Shown piece after piece: positions 49,794 to 63,873 of a DNA stretch of 64,000 bases. Position 1 is the first letter of the stretch; each line of letters starts with the position of its first letter. A model generated the notes under the pieces. That model was given only the letters and a program-made list of their open reading frames with translations, had not been told where the DNA came from and did no database searches. The stretch comes from Amphiscolops sp. MND2022 (taxonomy: Eukaryota): positions 59,830,001 through 59,894,000 of the forward strand of contig OZ076412.1 of the NCBI GenBank assembly GCA_964187785.1, in the 5' to 3' direction. A program made the position numbers and the translations under genes.

Positions 49794-50859
49794 TGAATCA
49801 TGATAATTCCTTTCGAAGCTGACGATGTCTTTTATTTTTTCAGTATTGCGTGACTCTTTTTCGAAAATTTTTAATTTTCCGTTTGGTTTTTTGTTTTTTT
49901 GACACTTGAGTAAAACTTTTTCCGAGTAAATTGGGTGTGTTCAGCACTGTGAGGTATTTCCAGAAACTTCATTCAAAAATTCAGAAGACTTTGCACTTTT
50001 GGAGGCTTAAGCGGGAGCCAACTTTCATGTCTTCTTACTTTATCCTAAAAATCTTGTGCATTCCCAAAGTGCGTCTTTATACGGTTCCGTGATCCCAATT
50101 TTTTTGAACTTGCTTTACTGTCTGTTACTTACCTGCTCACATGTGCGAATTGTTTTCAATCGAATAGTCAAAAATTTCTCTCACTTTGTTTCCATGCACT
50201 GCTACAAAACTTTTCTTTGCGATTAATATTGCAATCAACACATTTGCGTATTGATTGAAAACCCATCCTCTAAGCATTGAAATTTAAGATGCATTAAATC
50301 TGAATTGCATAACCTGTTTTCAAATTAAAACCAAAGATTTCGAACGTTCGAGTAGTCTGCTAATTTTGGTTATACCAGAACCTGTCCGTATGCCTACCTA
50401 AGGTCGAATCTAACATCGACCTCCATTATCGAGTGAGGCACACGTCAGATCATCAGAACTTGTCAATTCAATTTCAGTCGGCCCTTTATGAAGTAAAACG
50501 CAACTTCTATATAGTGGCTTTGGGTCGTGTTTGTTTCAATCAGGCCAAAGTGACACTTTTGCGCCGGATAACGCTAAAGTTAGCAGCGAATGCCAAAATC
50601 ATATAACCGATCCTATGTTTTTTAGGATCTCACGCTGTTTGTTAGATCATTTTCGACACAGTGCAATTTTTTTGAGAAATTAGAAATAAAACAAACATTG
50701 TTGTGTATTGATGTTTTTGTTAGAGGTGATTCTGTTTTCAAGCCTCCCATGCTTACTGTTTTCCGAGTAATGCGTTTTTTTGCCGGAAACCTTATGTTCC
50801 ACCAAAGTGTTTTTTCAGCTCTCAATGTAATGGCCACTTTCTACAAGTATTTCTATAAG

Positions 50860-51180
50860 TTACAACAAATTGTCATGATTTGGATATAGCGCAATATTTT
50901 CAAGCCTCTGGTTCCTCCTTAGTTAAACGCAATTGCTCACAGAGATAACGTCAAAAGTTCGGATATAGCGTGCCGGGACAAATGGTAGCACTTTTTCCGA
51001 ACATCCGCCGTATAATTAGTAAAACGAAATTTACTACTTATGTAACGTCAAAAGTACGGATATAGAGTGCCGTGACGAATGCGATAGTTTTTTTCGAACC
51101 TACGCCTCTTCCTTTGTGAAACCCAATATAGTTCGGATATAGCGTCAACAAAATGGATATAGCACAATATTTTCAAACAC
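50860..51180. repeat. Cluster of GGATATAGCG / AACGTCAAAAGT(T/A)CGGATATAG repeats
   Basis: Five GGATATAG copies. The same motif occurs inverted at ~3810-3840 and partially at ~52910. Confidence 0.5.
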
Positions 51181-53949
51181 TAATGTCGCAGGCCGCCGCC
51201 TGTGACGGGACAAAGTATACGACATGTGCCGGAAAACAAGAGCCAGCTCCAGGTACACTCCCTTTATATTGAAACCAAACTTTTTGTTGTTAAAAAATTA
51301 ATATTGTTTTATGATGTTGCTACATTTTAACTTTGAATACTAGTCTGCTAACATTATATACTGAAATGTTCGAATTTTTGATTGAATTGCCTAAAGCAAT
51401 GAATTGCGATGACAGCTGTAAAAGTTGTAATTGCTTGGCAAATGTAAAACACTGCGTAGAAGTTAGGAAACGAGTTCGATTGAGCCCCAGTACTTTTACG
51501 GCAACGACACTTGTCAGCACTTTATTGACAGAGCACAACTCAGCTTGTATTAGTCCATTACCATTATTTGCCGGTAACCGTCTTTTGACCATACTTCAAA
51601 GAAATGTAGTGAGAGCTAGGTAATTGGTCGGTTGCGGCCAAAGAAATTAATGCGTTCTCAAGCCGCTTTTATTTTGTGCAAGAAATAACTAGTCCCCAAA
51701 TTAAGGGTACATTTGCCATTACATGATGGAAAGCATCTAATATTAGTGTTTGTAGTAATAAATATTGATTTACTATGATGTTATTAAATACCAGTTTCCG
51801 AACCTATTCCGGCTAGTGGTTAATGTGCGATATTATACCCAATGGTCATACCAGGTTATATTATTAAATACTGGTTGCCTTCAATTTGGAGAGTATTTCA
51901 CTCTAATATCTTATTGAGGCTCGGGTGCCAGCCTTGCGTACGTCCGTTGGTGCATATTTTGAATGCATTTTGCCTGTAGTTGATAATAATTGTTAGTGAA
52001 CATTAGTACAATGTTTCATTTGAAAATGCTTTTGAAATACTGTTATTAGTATTAAAAATACTCCGACGCTTTGATGCCTTCGATTGATGACCATGTGCTA
52101 TTCTAGGAAAGCAGTTGTAAATGGTCACATGTCGTTTTCTTAGATAGTATGTTGATTTGTGGATCCACAGCAATGTGAATGTTATTCCCTCGGGGCTATA
52201 AACACTAGTAATTCTCCTGGGGAGGACTCAATTTTACGAACTGTTCTATTGTTGAAATTCATTGCAAGTTATACTTTCCTGATTGAATAAATGAAATATT
52301 CGCATGCGGATATTCTTCATGAATACTACAAAAAAAACAGAAAAGCAAGGCTAGAATCCCGAGAGAAGCAGAAACGCTATCGGACTGGGAAAATATGGAC
52401 ATAATGCTATGTAGCAATTAAAGGGAAGATATTGAATTTGGAAAATCGCCAGACCTAGCTACGATGCGTTAGTTGATCAAAACGCTAATCCTCACACCAA
52501 TTCTGGTGAGAATGAGATTAGGCGGTTTGCCGGAAACGGCCATATTTCAGGGTGCAATTGGTTCTAGTAGTGAGATAAATAGGCTGAAAGGAGAATCTAA
52601 CCAAAGAATCACTCAAGAGACTGATGAAATGTGTAAGTTTGCAAATTCAAAAGGCTATAAATGAGGCAATTAAAGAACAGGTGTTACCACAAATTCAAGC
52701 CTCTCTTAGGTCCGGTTCAAGACAAGTGCCCCAAAAGGGATGGAACGTTCCGACTGAGAGACCGGAATATAGATCCAAAGAAAATCTCAACCGCAAGATT
52801 ATAAGTAGTTCACGGGAAGAGTTCCCCTGAAATCCAGTTATTGATGACACTCAATAAGAGACACTCATTACACCTAACCTCTTCTTTATTGGAACGCAAC
52901 TTACGTTAGATATAACGTCAAAATATCGGATAGTATTGAAAAATATCATTTGCAAAATAACAAAACAATTGAAGTGGACCCTTTTGAGAAAATTGAAAAT
53001 TTTAGACGGAAATCTCACAGCGCCGAAAAATAATTGAAAGGTGGGCCCTTCAGTCTCGTCCGGTTTTGTATGTTACGCTAAAAATGTAGCAACTATTATA
53101 GTTCAGTTTCCGGGGCCAAATAGTTAATTTTGACTCCATAAATATTTGTGGAACTTTTGGTAGAAGTGAATTGGTCAGTTCGTGTAAATTGAGAAAAACG
53201 ATTGACTATTATAGTCGCGTTTACTTTCTTGAAGCGCCGACTACAAAACTTTTGTTCAGTCTTCGTCTTATTGGGTAGTAATACCGGGTCAAACGTATCC
53301 AAGGTCTGGTGCTTTTATCTTTTCAAATTGATTCACTGATTGCAGTTTTCTGTTCTCGGATCTATTGTCTTAAAAATATATTTTTCGGAAAAATGATTGA
53401 AGCATTTTCAATATTTTCTGCCTGGCGGAAACTTCGAGTTAAAATCAAGCCAACGCCTGTGTTTTGAGTTTTGAAAATTGAATTCTAGTTTCTGATTTAA
53501 CGGAAGTGAAAATTTTTCTAGATATGGAAAGATGAAACCCGGAAAAAGATCTGTTTGTTTCTAAACTTTCCTCATATTCGGTTTATATTCTTGAAGGGTC
53601 CCTATCACGCCAACTGTTTATAAAAATTTTTTTCTCAAAATTAAAAGAAACAAAAGGTTGTATACCTTGAATACTTTGTCCTTTTTTCGACTGTGATATC
53701 AAGACTTATTCAAAAACAGTTCTGTAAGGCTTTGAGGTACTTTCTAGTTTTTGCGCGTTAAGCGCGGCGCCGAAGTATGCCATTCACGATTGTCTTGTTT
53801 TCTTCATGTTCAAACTCTCGAGTCTAAGCAGTTTTTACATGTGAGTCTTGGTGAATTAAATTAAAATGTCCTTTTTCAGTTACTTTTTTCTACATTCCTA
53901 CAAACGTTTCATTTCTTTTCAACCGCTTCTTGTAACGACAGGAAATTAC

Positions 53950-54950
53950 GTTTGCCTTTTTGTTGTTTTGGAAAAATCTGCGTTTTAAAAACTTGAACTA
54001 TACTTCAAGCTCTTCGAATCATCTTTTCCTAGTGAAGAGTTCCTCGGTTTCGCTTGAAAAAAACTTGAGCTCCAGTTCAGCGAGATAAGTACAATGCTGA
54101 GTTACCAACCCGTGTCTTTATACAGAATCCAAATCCTTGCAATTTATCACGTTTCATCATAAATCTTTCTCCGTTCTCAGTGATCATTGGTCTGACTCCG
54201 GCAAACTTCATTGTGCTTGCCTCATCTCGGCTACACAGGCCGACCTGATTTTTTTGCTTTCGTACCCCACCTACTTGAAATTGAAGGATTGTCTAATTGA
54301 TATGTACTGTGGGCTAACTGATTTCTCTTCGGCAATTTTGTCTGCTAGACCACCTTTCGGTTCTTGACGTCTCGCTAACGTGCTTATTTCTTTCGTTGTT
54401 TCCTTTCGTTGTTTCCTCATCGAGATCGATGCTTCAGCTATTATTAATTACTGCAGCTTCAAACTGCTCGAGCCATTTGTACCAACCTTAAGTCTTTCCA
54501 CTGCGGCCTTTTTCCTAAAATGGCGACCCCCAAACCTGCTATCAATACATTGTACCAAAAATGTTGTAGGAAAAAGATACTTTCTTCGCATGCATAACAG
54601 AAACACAAAACAGTTCGTTTGTTTTAAAACTGAATTGTGAAATTGTCATAGACGAAACTGGATTTGTAAATTCAAGCATCAGAACAAGCGACTTTATTTG
54701 ACAGGTTGTTGGCAACAAAATACAAAGTGTGAAAAAGAATTTCAAGTGCGCCAACGCTCTATCGCAATATTCAACAGCGTTCATCAGTTTTTGAGAAATT
54801 TGAGATTCATCCAAATACTAAAGAGAAAAAAAGTACTCAAATAGAGTAAAGCAACACCAAAAACAGTAAAACACTCATGACCCAACTGAAAAAAGATAGT
54901 GGAACACACAACCGATACTTATAACAAAACTGCCAAAAATGGTGTTCTCT
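53950..54950 (-). pseudogene. BEL/Pao gag-like fragment (opposite orientation to the next element)
   Basis: Minus strand reads GWYKWLEQFEAAVINN (cf. WxxFWDQFxAAVxxN), preceded by a coiled-coil-like segment. Confidence 0.45.
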
Positions 54951-57449
54951 TGCACATTTCAATACACCTAATATCGGACGAAAAAGTCGGATGTCAAAAC
55001 GAACGTCCCTCGTCACCGTGACTAAGCAGGTGATGCTGTTCTCTCATCATTCCCATGTCGTTTATTTTAGTCAATTGACTGTGAAGTTAAATGTCTAAAC
55101 TGCCCTTTTTTGACTGAGTCTCGTGAAGGCTGTTTTTCTACCATTTCTGTTGTCTAAGAGAATATCTTGTTACTGCTGGGAACCTCTGTACTTTTCAGTG
55201 GCAATCGTCTGAGTTCGATTTTGAATCCATGTTCAAACATGTTTTTCAATGTTAGTCGACGTTTTGGGAAATGAAACGAAACTGATACAGTGACTTTTTT
55301 CTCAATCCGGTCGAAGTGACCATTTCATGTCGAATGCCAATTTTTTAAACCTAAAAGTTCTCCCTTTCGAACGTTGACAAGTTTATTCCAATAAAAAGAG
55401 ATTAGAGGATTGTTGGTGATTCATCACTACCAAAACTAACCTACCAAAGCAACTATCATACCGAATCGAAGTCAGGTCAACATATTCTGGAAAGCCTTGT
55501 TTCTTAATCAATAAAACCTGAATAGTGAGCCAAAATACCCGGCAAACACTTGAACATTAGGGGGTCAAACATCCTTCGAATACTACGCTGCGACAAAAAG
55601 CTACAAAGTATGCACAGCAGCAGATCTTTAAACGAGTCTTCACACCATTAAAACTGAATAGTCGCCTCCTTTTACACAACTTGTTTACTCTACCATTGGC
55701 ATAGTTATTCAGCAGAGTTTGTTTTCTTCACAGTGAACTTTCGTGGACAGCTGTTTAAGTAAAACAAAACAAAGTCTTCCTAAAGTGAGATGTCGATGCT
55801 CAAAAACAATGGAAACAAGAAATTCCTACTTTACATTTTAACGTAATTATTTATCTCATGTCTCATAAACCAAAAAAGTAATGCTAACATCCTCTCAAAA
55901 GGTGCGTATAGTGACTTGTTCGGATATTTCAAGGAGGCCAAAAACATCTTGGAATCATTTCATCTAGTATATCAACAGTTAAAATAAACGTCTCAGTCAG
56001 ATTATAACGCTCAAGGAAAAACGTTTGCGCGAAACCCAAGAATTCAATACATACTTCTTCGCAAGCCGAAGAAGTTGACGCAGCCAAAAGTTTCCGCTGA
56101 TCTGAATGATCAAACATCCATCAATGGTACTACAAGAAAATGTTTTCTTGATAATTAAAACCAAACCGTTGAAACTACTGGCAGTGACACTACTGCTTCA
56201 TAGTTGACGCTGAAGTGTAATGTGAATAGGAACAATACCAGAAATCCAAAATTGAACGTTTCCACTTCCGTTGGTAACCACAAAACCGGGAAAGTTTTTT
56301 GATCTTTCATACAGTTGAGTAGATTCAAATACAATCTTGAAGAGCTCACAAAACTGCAATGTTTGAAAGCTTCATTAACAGCTTTCGTGGCTTTTTTCGA
56401 ATTTTTACCTTAGGAGTCCAAAATTATGTGTCAGTGGCTCTGCACTCAATGTTATGAGAAATTGAAGGATTGTCTAATTGATATGTACTGTGGGCTAACT
56501 GATTTCTCTTCGGCAATTTTGTCTGCTAGACCACCTTTCGGTTCTTGACGTCTCGCTAACGTGCTTATTTCTTTCGTTGTTTCCTTTCGTTGTTTCCTCA
56601 TCGAGATCGATGCTTCAGCTATTATTAATTACTGCAGCTTCAAACTGCTCGAGCCATTTGTACCAACCTTAAGTCTTTCCACTGCGGCCTTTTTCCTAAA
56701 ATGGCGACCCCCAAACCTGCTATCAATACATTGTACCAAAAATGTTGTAGGAAAAAGATACTTTCTTCGCATGCATAACAGAAACACAAAACAGTTCGTT
56801 TGTTTTAAAACTGAATTGTGAAATTGTCATAGACGAAACTGGATTTGTAAATTCAAGCATCAGAAAAAGCGACTTTATTTGACAGGTTGTTGGCAACAAA
56901 ATACAAAGTGTGAAAAAGAATTTCAAGTGCGCCAACGCTCTATCGCAATATTCAACAGCGTTCATCAGTTTTTGAGAAATTTGAGATTCATCCAAATACT
57001 AAAGAGAAAAAAAGTACTCAAATAGAGTAAAGCAACACCAAAAACAGTAAAACACTCATGACCCAACTGAAAAAAGATAGTGGAACACACAACCTGATCA
57101 AACATCCATCAATGGTACTACAAGAAAATGTTTTCTTGATAATTAAAACCAAACCGTTGAAACTACTGGCAGTGACACTACTGCTTCATAGTTGACGCTG
57201 AAGTGTAATGTGAATAGGAACAATACCAGAAATCCAAAATTGAACGTTTCCACTTCCGTTGGTAACCACAAAACCGGGAAAGTTTTTTGATCTTTCATAC
57301 AGTTGAGTAGATTCAAATACAATCTTGAAGAGCTCACAAAACTGCAATGTTTGAAAGCTTCATTAACAGCTTTCGTGGCTTTTTTCGAATTTTTACCTTA
57401 GGAGTCCAAAATTATGTGTCAGTGGCTCTGCACTCAATGTTATGAGAAA
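54277..57449. repeat. Near-identical tandem duplication with internal deletion (A-x-B-A-B)
   Basis: 54277-54913 = 56458-57094 (637 bp, one substitution seen). 56107-56461 = 57095-57449 (355 bp). GAAA at the unit junctions. Confidence 0.95.
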
Positions 57450-60400
57450 ACTTTATGACAAGCCACGTATGTATCATTCCTCCAGATTATGTTATTTTCG
57501 ATTTGCCCAAACATGCGACACGACAACAACGATTACTCCCGGAGACCATTTGAAGTAACAAACGAACATCGTTGTGAACATTGGGTCTGCCGGTGAAAGA
57601 ATACAACCTTCTCAATTAACGGCTCACAGAACGAATACACTCAGCACCTAGCCCAAAATGAGAAATTGCGTTAGCTGGTATGTTTTTAAAATTACGCACC
57701 GAGTTGTTGATTTATACGAGATACAATGCTTTCGAAGCATCGAAGCCCAGTCCGGAACGTTTTTACACCGAACACAAACATGAGTCGCAACAGAACTGTT
57801 GCCAAGAAACTCGTAGTTACACAGTAAGACAGTGTGTGTGGAAATTCTCTCTTGTTGTGAACCAAATTTAAAACTTTACACTTATAACGTGAATATTGGA
57901 AAAGGACAATAAAAGTGAAAAATGGTGAAAACAGGCACTTTGAAAAACAAAATATGTCGTCGGTACGAATATCGTTTTCAGAATTGCAGAAGTGCTAGTA
58001 AATGTTGAGAATGTAATTGATCACATCACATATATCTAAACCAACAAGGTGGGCTTTTGAAGCTATGGCAGATAAATAGAAACATAAGAAACATGTTACT
58101 TTTCACATTGCTTCAAGTTCCAAACAAAAAACTTTAGCAAAAGCAGCTGTTCAAGTGCTGGGTAAGCCTTGTAGTGTTCCGTTGAAGGCTCTTCTAAACT
58201 CTGATTACCAGACGTCTTTGATTACTTATGTTGCTTCTCGGCAATTAAAACTAACCACACCCAAACACAGTTTCTGCTTCAGGTGGTAAAGCTTGTTTTT
58301 CCCAAAAATATCAAATTTTTCCTAACAGTTTTATCGGCAATCATCGAAATTTTGTTTGTGCAGATACGTATGTCGAAACTACTGGTCGCAATTCAATTGT
58401 TGGGGCAGATGTTTTTGGGAAACGAGAAAAACGTCTGTTTTCAAAAATATAGCGTTGCGTGAAACAATATTTAGTTGGGTTGTGATCGGACAGAGTCAAA
58501 AAAAATTTCACGCTAGGCTCAGGCTATTCATTTTTTATTGAAAAGTTAGGTGACTTTAGTAGTAATATTTTGTTCAATGGCCTTTCAAAGGAATGGCCTT
58601 TCAAAAGATCGAGCCTATGTGACTCTATACGAACCACTCAGAAACCCTTCTTTTTTACAAAAAAGATTTTTAGGTCACGAAATAGTACAAAAATACATCA
58701 AAGTCAATAGTGATTGTAAAACACTGGGTTACATGTATATGAATCTTGAAAACTAAAGCGACATCGAGTCTTTAAAATCGTTATCTTGCATCATTTCGTT
58801 ACCACAGCTGACAGTTTTACGACAAATCGCAGGGTCGCCTTCGATGCTTCAGCAAAAACACGTTTAAAAAATTCTTTGAAAACTATCTGAATGGCCGGAC
58901 CGAAACTACAGAGTGCCTTATTTGACATCCTTCTTTGACTTCGATTTGACTTATTTGTGCTCTTCGCCGAAATAGCAAACGTGTAGCACCCTGTTACAAT
59001 GCAAAAACCAGACTTTGATTTTCATCGAACTTAAGGCGTGCGAGCGTCCCAAACCCTGTGATTATTCGCAGACATGTGTTTTCTACAAGGTTACTTCTTG
59101 TTGTTTTAGTTCCCATTGAAATTTACTTGACTTAGACAATTGTGCCCTTGAAATATTTCGTCAATTTTTTGAAAAAGACACGTATTCAGATGATTTACTC
59201 AGGTTATTCTAATGTTTATTAAAGATTATCCCAGTTTGTTCTGATCTTGAGGAAGCAACGTAGTTGCTGGACCAACTGATCGAAGTAATCCAGACAGGCG
59301 GCTTCCTTTCTCGGGAGTGGTTTTCCAACAGTCCAGAATTGATCATCGAATACCGGGAAACTTTCGAGCGACTTAGGAAAATCTTTAGGAGAAACTTAGG
59401 AGAAACTTTGAGAAAAATATCATATCAAGTTGAGGAATAAAAAACTGAGTTCCTCTTTAAGACAAACCCTCGACATACAGAAAAAGGTATGCTTCCTAAA
59501 ATAACAAGTTTAATTGATCCTCTCGATTCTTTCATCAGGGCTTGTGAACTGTTCCTGTCACAATTGTTTGCGAAAGACACTTAACATATGGTCAGAGACA
59601 CTCACTGCCACGCCTACCTTAGAAAAAGAGTTGTTGCTATGCCTCAAAGACAATGGTGGCACCGTTTGGTCCACTTTTTAAGTGCTGAAGTTATGTTCAG
59701 CAGTTTTCGGTATTGCTTTTTCTGAAACAGGTCCAAAAATATTTTTTTTATCTCTTCGATGACAGATTGCCACTGAACGGATGGATTGTAACTCAATTAT
59801 TATTTCTTCTGGTTAGCAGAAACCACCAGCACTTTGTACACTTCCATTCGCAAACTCATCATCAGAAGTAATCCATTTGGTCATTCAAAAATTGTAATCG
59901 AGTAATCAGTGGCGGAAACTCAGGCTGTATTTGTTCTGATGGAGTCTCTGGAGAAAAAATGAAAACAACGCTGTGTGGTGACTTCGTTATGCGACACATT
60001 GGCGTGTCTACATTCTGCAATTACTCCAGCCGATGATATCCCAAACCGAACAGTCCATGCTACTTTTCTGACATGTCAAACCAACCACCTTGTACATCAG
60101 TTTTCGCGAAGTCAGATTTATTAGATTCCATGAAATATTTCGAATTTTCGTTACACATTTCATAGTTTTCAAGTTGATAAAAAAAACCAATGTGCTCATA
60201 CCAAACCAACACGTGCTCAAATTCAATCGTTGTCCTGCAAACGTTTACAGTTATTTCTGTCATTTCACCTGAAAGGAAAGTTTAAGATACACTGTCTCTA
60301 CAATTCAACAAACGTTTTTTATAAAATTTTGTCTTCATTCTGTAGGAAATCAAGTTGGGCTTTTAACAACTGAAGAAGCTTCGAAACTTCGGTAATTGCC

Positions 60401-61500
60401 AGAATGTTGAACGCAACTGCTAATTTTGATTATTTCGATTGTCGCAGTTGATGTAGTTCTGAACTCAATTAGACAAAGTTTTTACAGTTGCTGCTAGGCC
60501 AATGTAAATGCTATTGATTGAAATGGTTTAAATATAGTGGATTCTTATATACCGATACGTTTCAGATTGTGGGTGATCTTCTTGCAGATGGGTTCTTCTT
60601 TCGCCAGTTCGTGATTTGAATGACCTCGGGATCGATGCTACAGAAAAATGTCGAAAAGATGTTTTCTGCAAGTGTAGAAGACAATGTAAAAATTTTTGCT
60701 AGTTTTGAATTTACATCTCTACATGAGACAGCGTGTCTGGCAGCAATCGCACGTTTTTACTCGCGGAGAAGATGCCCCAAAGAATTTTTTTGTAACAATC
60801 AAACAAATTCCATCACCTCAAGAACAGAAGTTGTCACCGTATTCTAAATTGACTTTTCGCCGGACATGGAACTGATCTTGTAGACAAAAGCAGTTAAATG
60901 GTTAACTATACCAGTACATTCACCACTCTTTGGAGCTGTTCGGGGTACATCATTCAAACCCATGAAACACCGTCCACAAAAAGACACGAAGAAGCATATC
61001 CTTCCTACTGAATAATTCACGACATTAAAAACCCAAAATGATATCATGCTGATTGATAGTCCTTCGACTCCGTATTCACTGACACTAAGAGTTCCAGTGC
61101 TCTCACATCAGGACGAATTTTTCTAGCGCATCCATCATTCTATTTTTTAGCCTGAATTCCAACGCGAGACAAATCGTTTTGGCAACCTCAAAGGTTTTCA
61201 GCAAACTTATACTAAACGAAAGATTTGGAAAGAATGGAATCGAAACGGCCGTTCGTTTCTGCAAGTTATGTAAAAGGTTCGAATAATGGAGTGAACTTCA
61301 ATATGTGTGACACTGCATTAGTTGCAGAGGATAACTTTCACGTTTTTGATGGGCCTTTTGATCAAATTGTCAAACTTTTCAAAAGGAAAAAACAACCACA
61401 CAGGTTCACCGGAATATTAAATTATAAAATGGATCAGCAACAAGCATATCGTTACATTGAGCAAATTGCCTTTTTAAAAGTATACTAGTTCAGGCAGGAA
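55850..61500 (+). mobile_element. Decayed BEL/Pao LTR retrotransposon internal region
   Basis: gag PKLNVSTSVGN and LYDKPR; protease ALLNSDYQTSLIT (~58190); RT TTNRRVAFDASAK, GPKLQ, YSDDL and REWFSNS; integrase CLAAIARFYSRRRCPKEFFCNNQTN. LTRs not recognised. Confidence 0.85.
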
Positions 61501-63169
61501 ATAGTTTCATTTTATTCTGCATCGTGTAAAATTAATCACATGCCAGTAATTCTTTCATAACGTAATTCTTATCTTAACGCTATACTATTTGAAGATCTGA
61601 ACATCTTAGCAATAAACGCAGTTTCTTTTGGAGCACATACATCCTTTCATTGTTCCCTAAATTTCTTTTCTGTCATCACCTATCATTTCTACAGTTCTCA
61701 GTTCGATGATTTGCTTCAGCAACCACGTCAACGGATTCAGCCCTCTTTTAATTTTGAACCCGTTAATTCAAGGCGCCGGAGAGTACGGGTACTTATTACT
61801 ACTACATTAAGTTCCCAAATCAAATCCATCTGAACAAGGTCAGAAAGATCATTGTTTCCCAGTCAATAGAGCCTGGATTGTTAGTAGGATTTCTTTGGCA
61901 TGTACTAAATTTTCAGAACTTGAAAGCCCATTTTTGCTTGTTGTTTGTACTATGAAATTTTTTCGCATTTTTTTTAATTTCCAAAAAAGTCTACTTTTTG
62001 GTTTAATCAATTTTTGTCTAGGAAAAAAAATTTCAGCCAAATGAGGTATTTTAGCTCTGATTTTCACAAAACTTTCACTTTCCCTCGTTTCTTTTCTGCC
62101 TTTTTGGATTGAAAAAACACTTTCAAAATAAAATAGTTGCCCCTTCGAATTTTGCGGCACTTTGTGGGAAAAGTTTCATCCCAGAAACAGATCGTCGTTT
62201 TCGTTTTCTCTGCTGTTTTGGTAGAAAATATTTGAAATTTTTTAAATGTTTTTTGAGAATTGAAGCTGAAAGCCTCATAAGCCCAAATGCTCCCCACTAC
62301 CGGTTTTTTTCGGTATTGTTAATTTGAGCAATCAGTCAAAAGAAAATTCTTGGCGCTTTGAAAGTCTTTTGCTCTTTTTGAGCCCGACGGGGGCAGCTTT
62401 TGCTGTTCTCGGCTCCTTTCATTGTGTAATATGTGATTCCATTGTGTATCCGTAGTCAATATTTTTCTTTTTATAAGAGTCAAATGGTGGCAAGTATTTT
62501 TGATCCAAAAACATATTTTTCAGTGAAATAACAATCAGTACCTATTTCTTTGAGATAACAGCTAGGATTGAGTGACACAGTTTTAGTTTGTTTGCCTAGG
62601 ATCTGAAAAGTAAAAATTGTCGAAAGTCCATTTTAGTCGGCGCTCATGAGGAAAAAAGTCCGACTCCTCCAGTGGATAGTTTTCTATACGCGTAAGGTCC
62701 ACTTTTTCCTTCATTTGATCACTTACACCAAAGGTTCCCCATAATTGTTTTTCATATTTTGCAACAAATCGGAGTTTCAAAAAGACTAAAGGCTCCCCTC
62801 TTTCTCATTTGTAAAAACTTTCCGCTTTTTGAGCCTTAGATTTTGGCCATTCCCGGCTTTTTAGTATTTTTCAGCAGTAAACTTCTTTCGAATCGTCTGC
62901 TGTTTTACTGGTTTCAGGCGAAGAAGAGTCTTCGAAACTGAAATGTCTCGCCTTAAGTCGGAGTTTTTTTAACAAAGTAAAATTTTCTCGAAAACGCCGT
63001 AGAGCTGCAGTTTTTCAACTTTTGACTGGTGTCAAATTCAGACGTTTCGCTGACTTCGCATACTGAGCAAATATGCAAAAAAGATGCCGATTTCATGAAA
63101 AATGTTTTTCTAGCATATCATTATTTTGATCTGAACAAAAAATGGTGGTCTGACTTAGCCAGAAACCAA

Positions 63170-63873
63170 TGTAACGACCGGCTAGCGACGCACATCTAGG
63201 AAGAGGGACAATGCCTAGGATGCTTAAACAGGAGACCGTTGTCTTGCTACATACCTAGACACTAGTTTTTGATCCCAAAATGGTCTCCTAGGGCGACTTT
63301 TCTATCGTCTAAGGAGGCTTCTCTAGTTAGAGCTCCGAAGCGACGCGCCGGCATTTTCAAAGTCCGGACACGAACCACAAGCCTCTAAAAACGTCCCCTA
63401 ATACTTCTAATGCGTTCCTACGACTTCCGAGGTCCAAAAAGGTGTCTAACTGAAATACTTTATATTGAGGGAGTAAGGACTAAAATGGAGACCTACTAGG
63501 TCTAATATTATCCAAATACCCAGAAAATAGCAATGAACACGGCGATAAGCCCCAATTACGTTACAGTTCATCGTCGTTTGTCGATTTCCTACCTCCGGCA
63601 TCATTCTTCATCATCGGGCACTTTTTCGGAGAGATGGCACAACACTCCGATCTGCTCGTTCTTTTCTTCTGATCTCTTTCAATTTTCCCTCGCATTCTTC
63701 TTTTTTTCTCTGTATTTTTCCACATGCTCTCTTCTTTACTCTGTCTTCGCGTGGCTTCTTTTTTTGTTCATGTACTCGTAGCTGCCAGGTCGGCCATTTT
63801 GATTGTTCCATTTTGATATAGCACATTTCGAATTTTTCATCGAAATTTTGTCATGCCGGTGGCAGACGTTACA
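63170..63873 (-). repeat. 3' LTR (type C, 704 bp) of a sister Gypsy family; internal region runs off the right edge
   Basis: TGTAACGAC...GACGTTACA. Diverged but collinear with LTR-A over roughly its first 300 nt (aacaggagaccgttg, cctagacactagttttt). Same PPT-proximal motif as 30372 onward. Confidence 0.8.

Noticed and set aside
51300-52871. Very degenerate integrase-like text (-, ~51300-52050) and a coding-like repeat fragment (+, 52473-52871)
   Set aside because: Too decayed to assign by eye. Probably TE debris.
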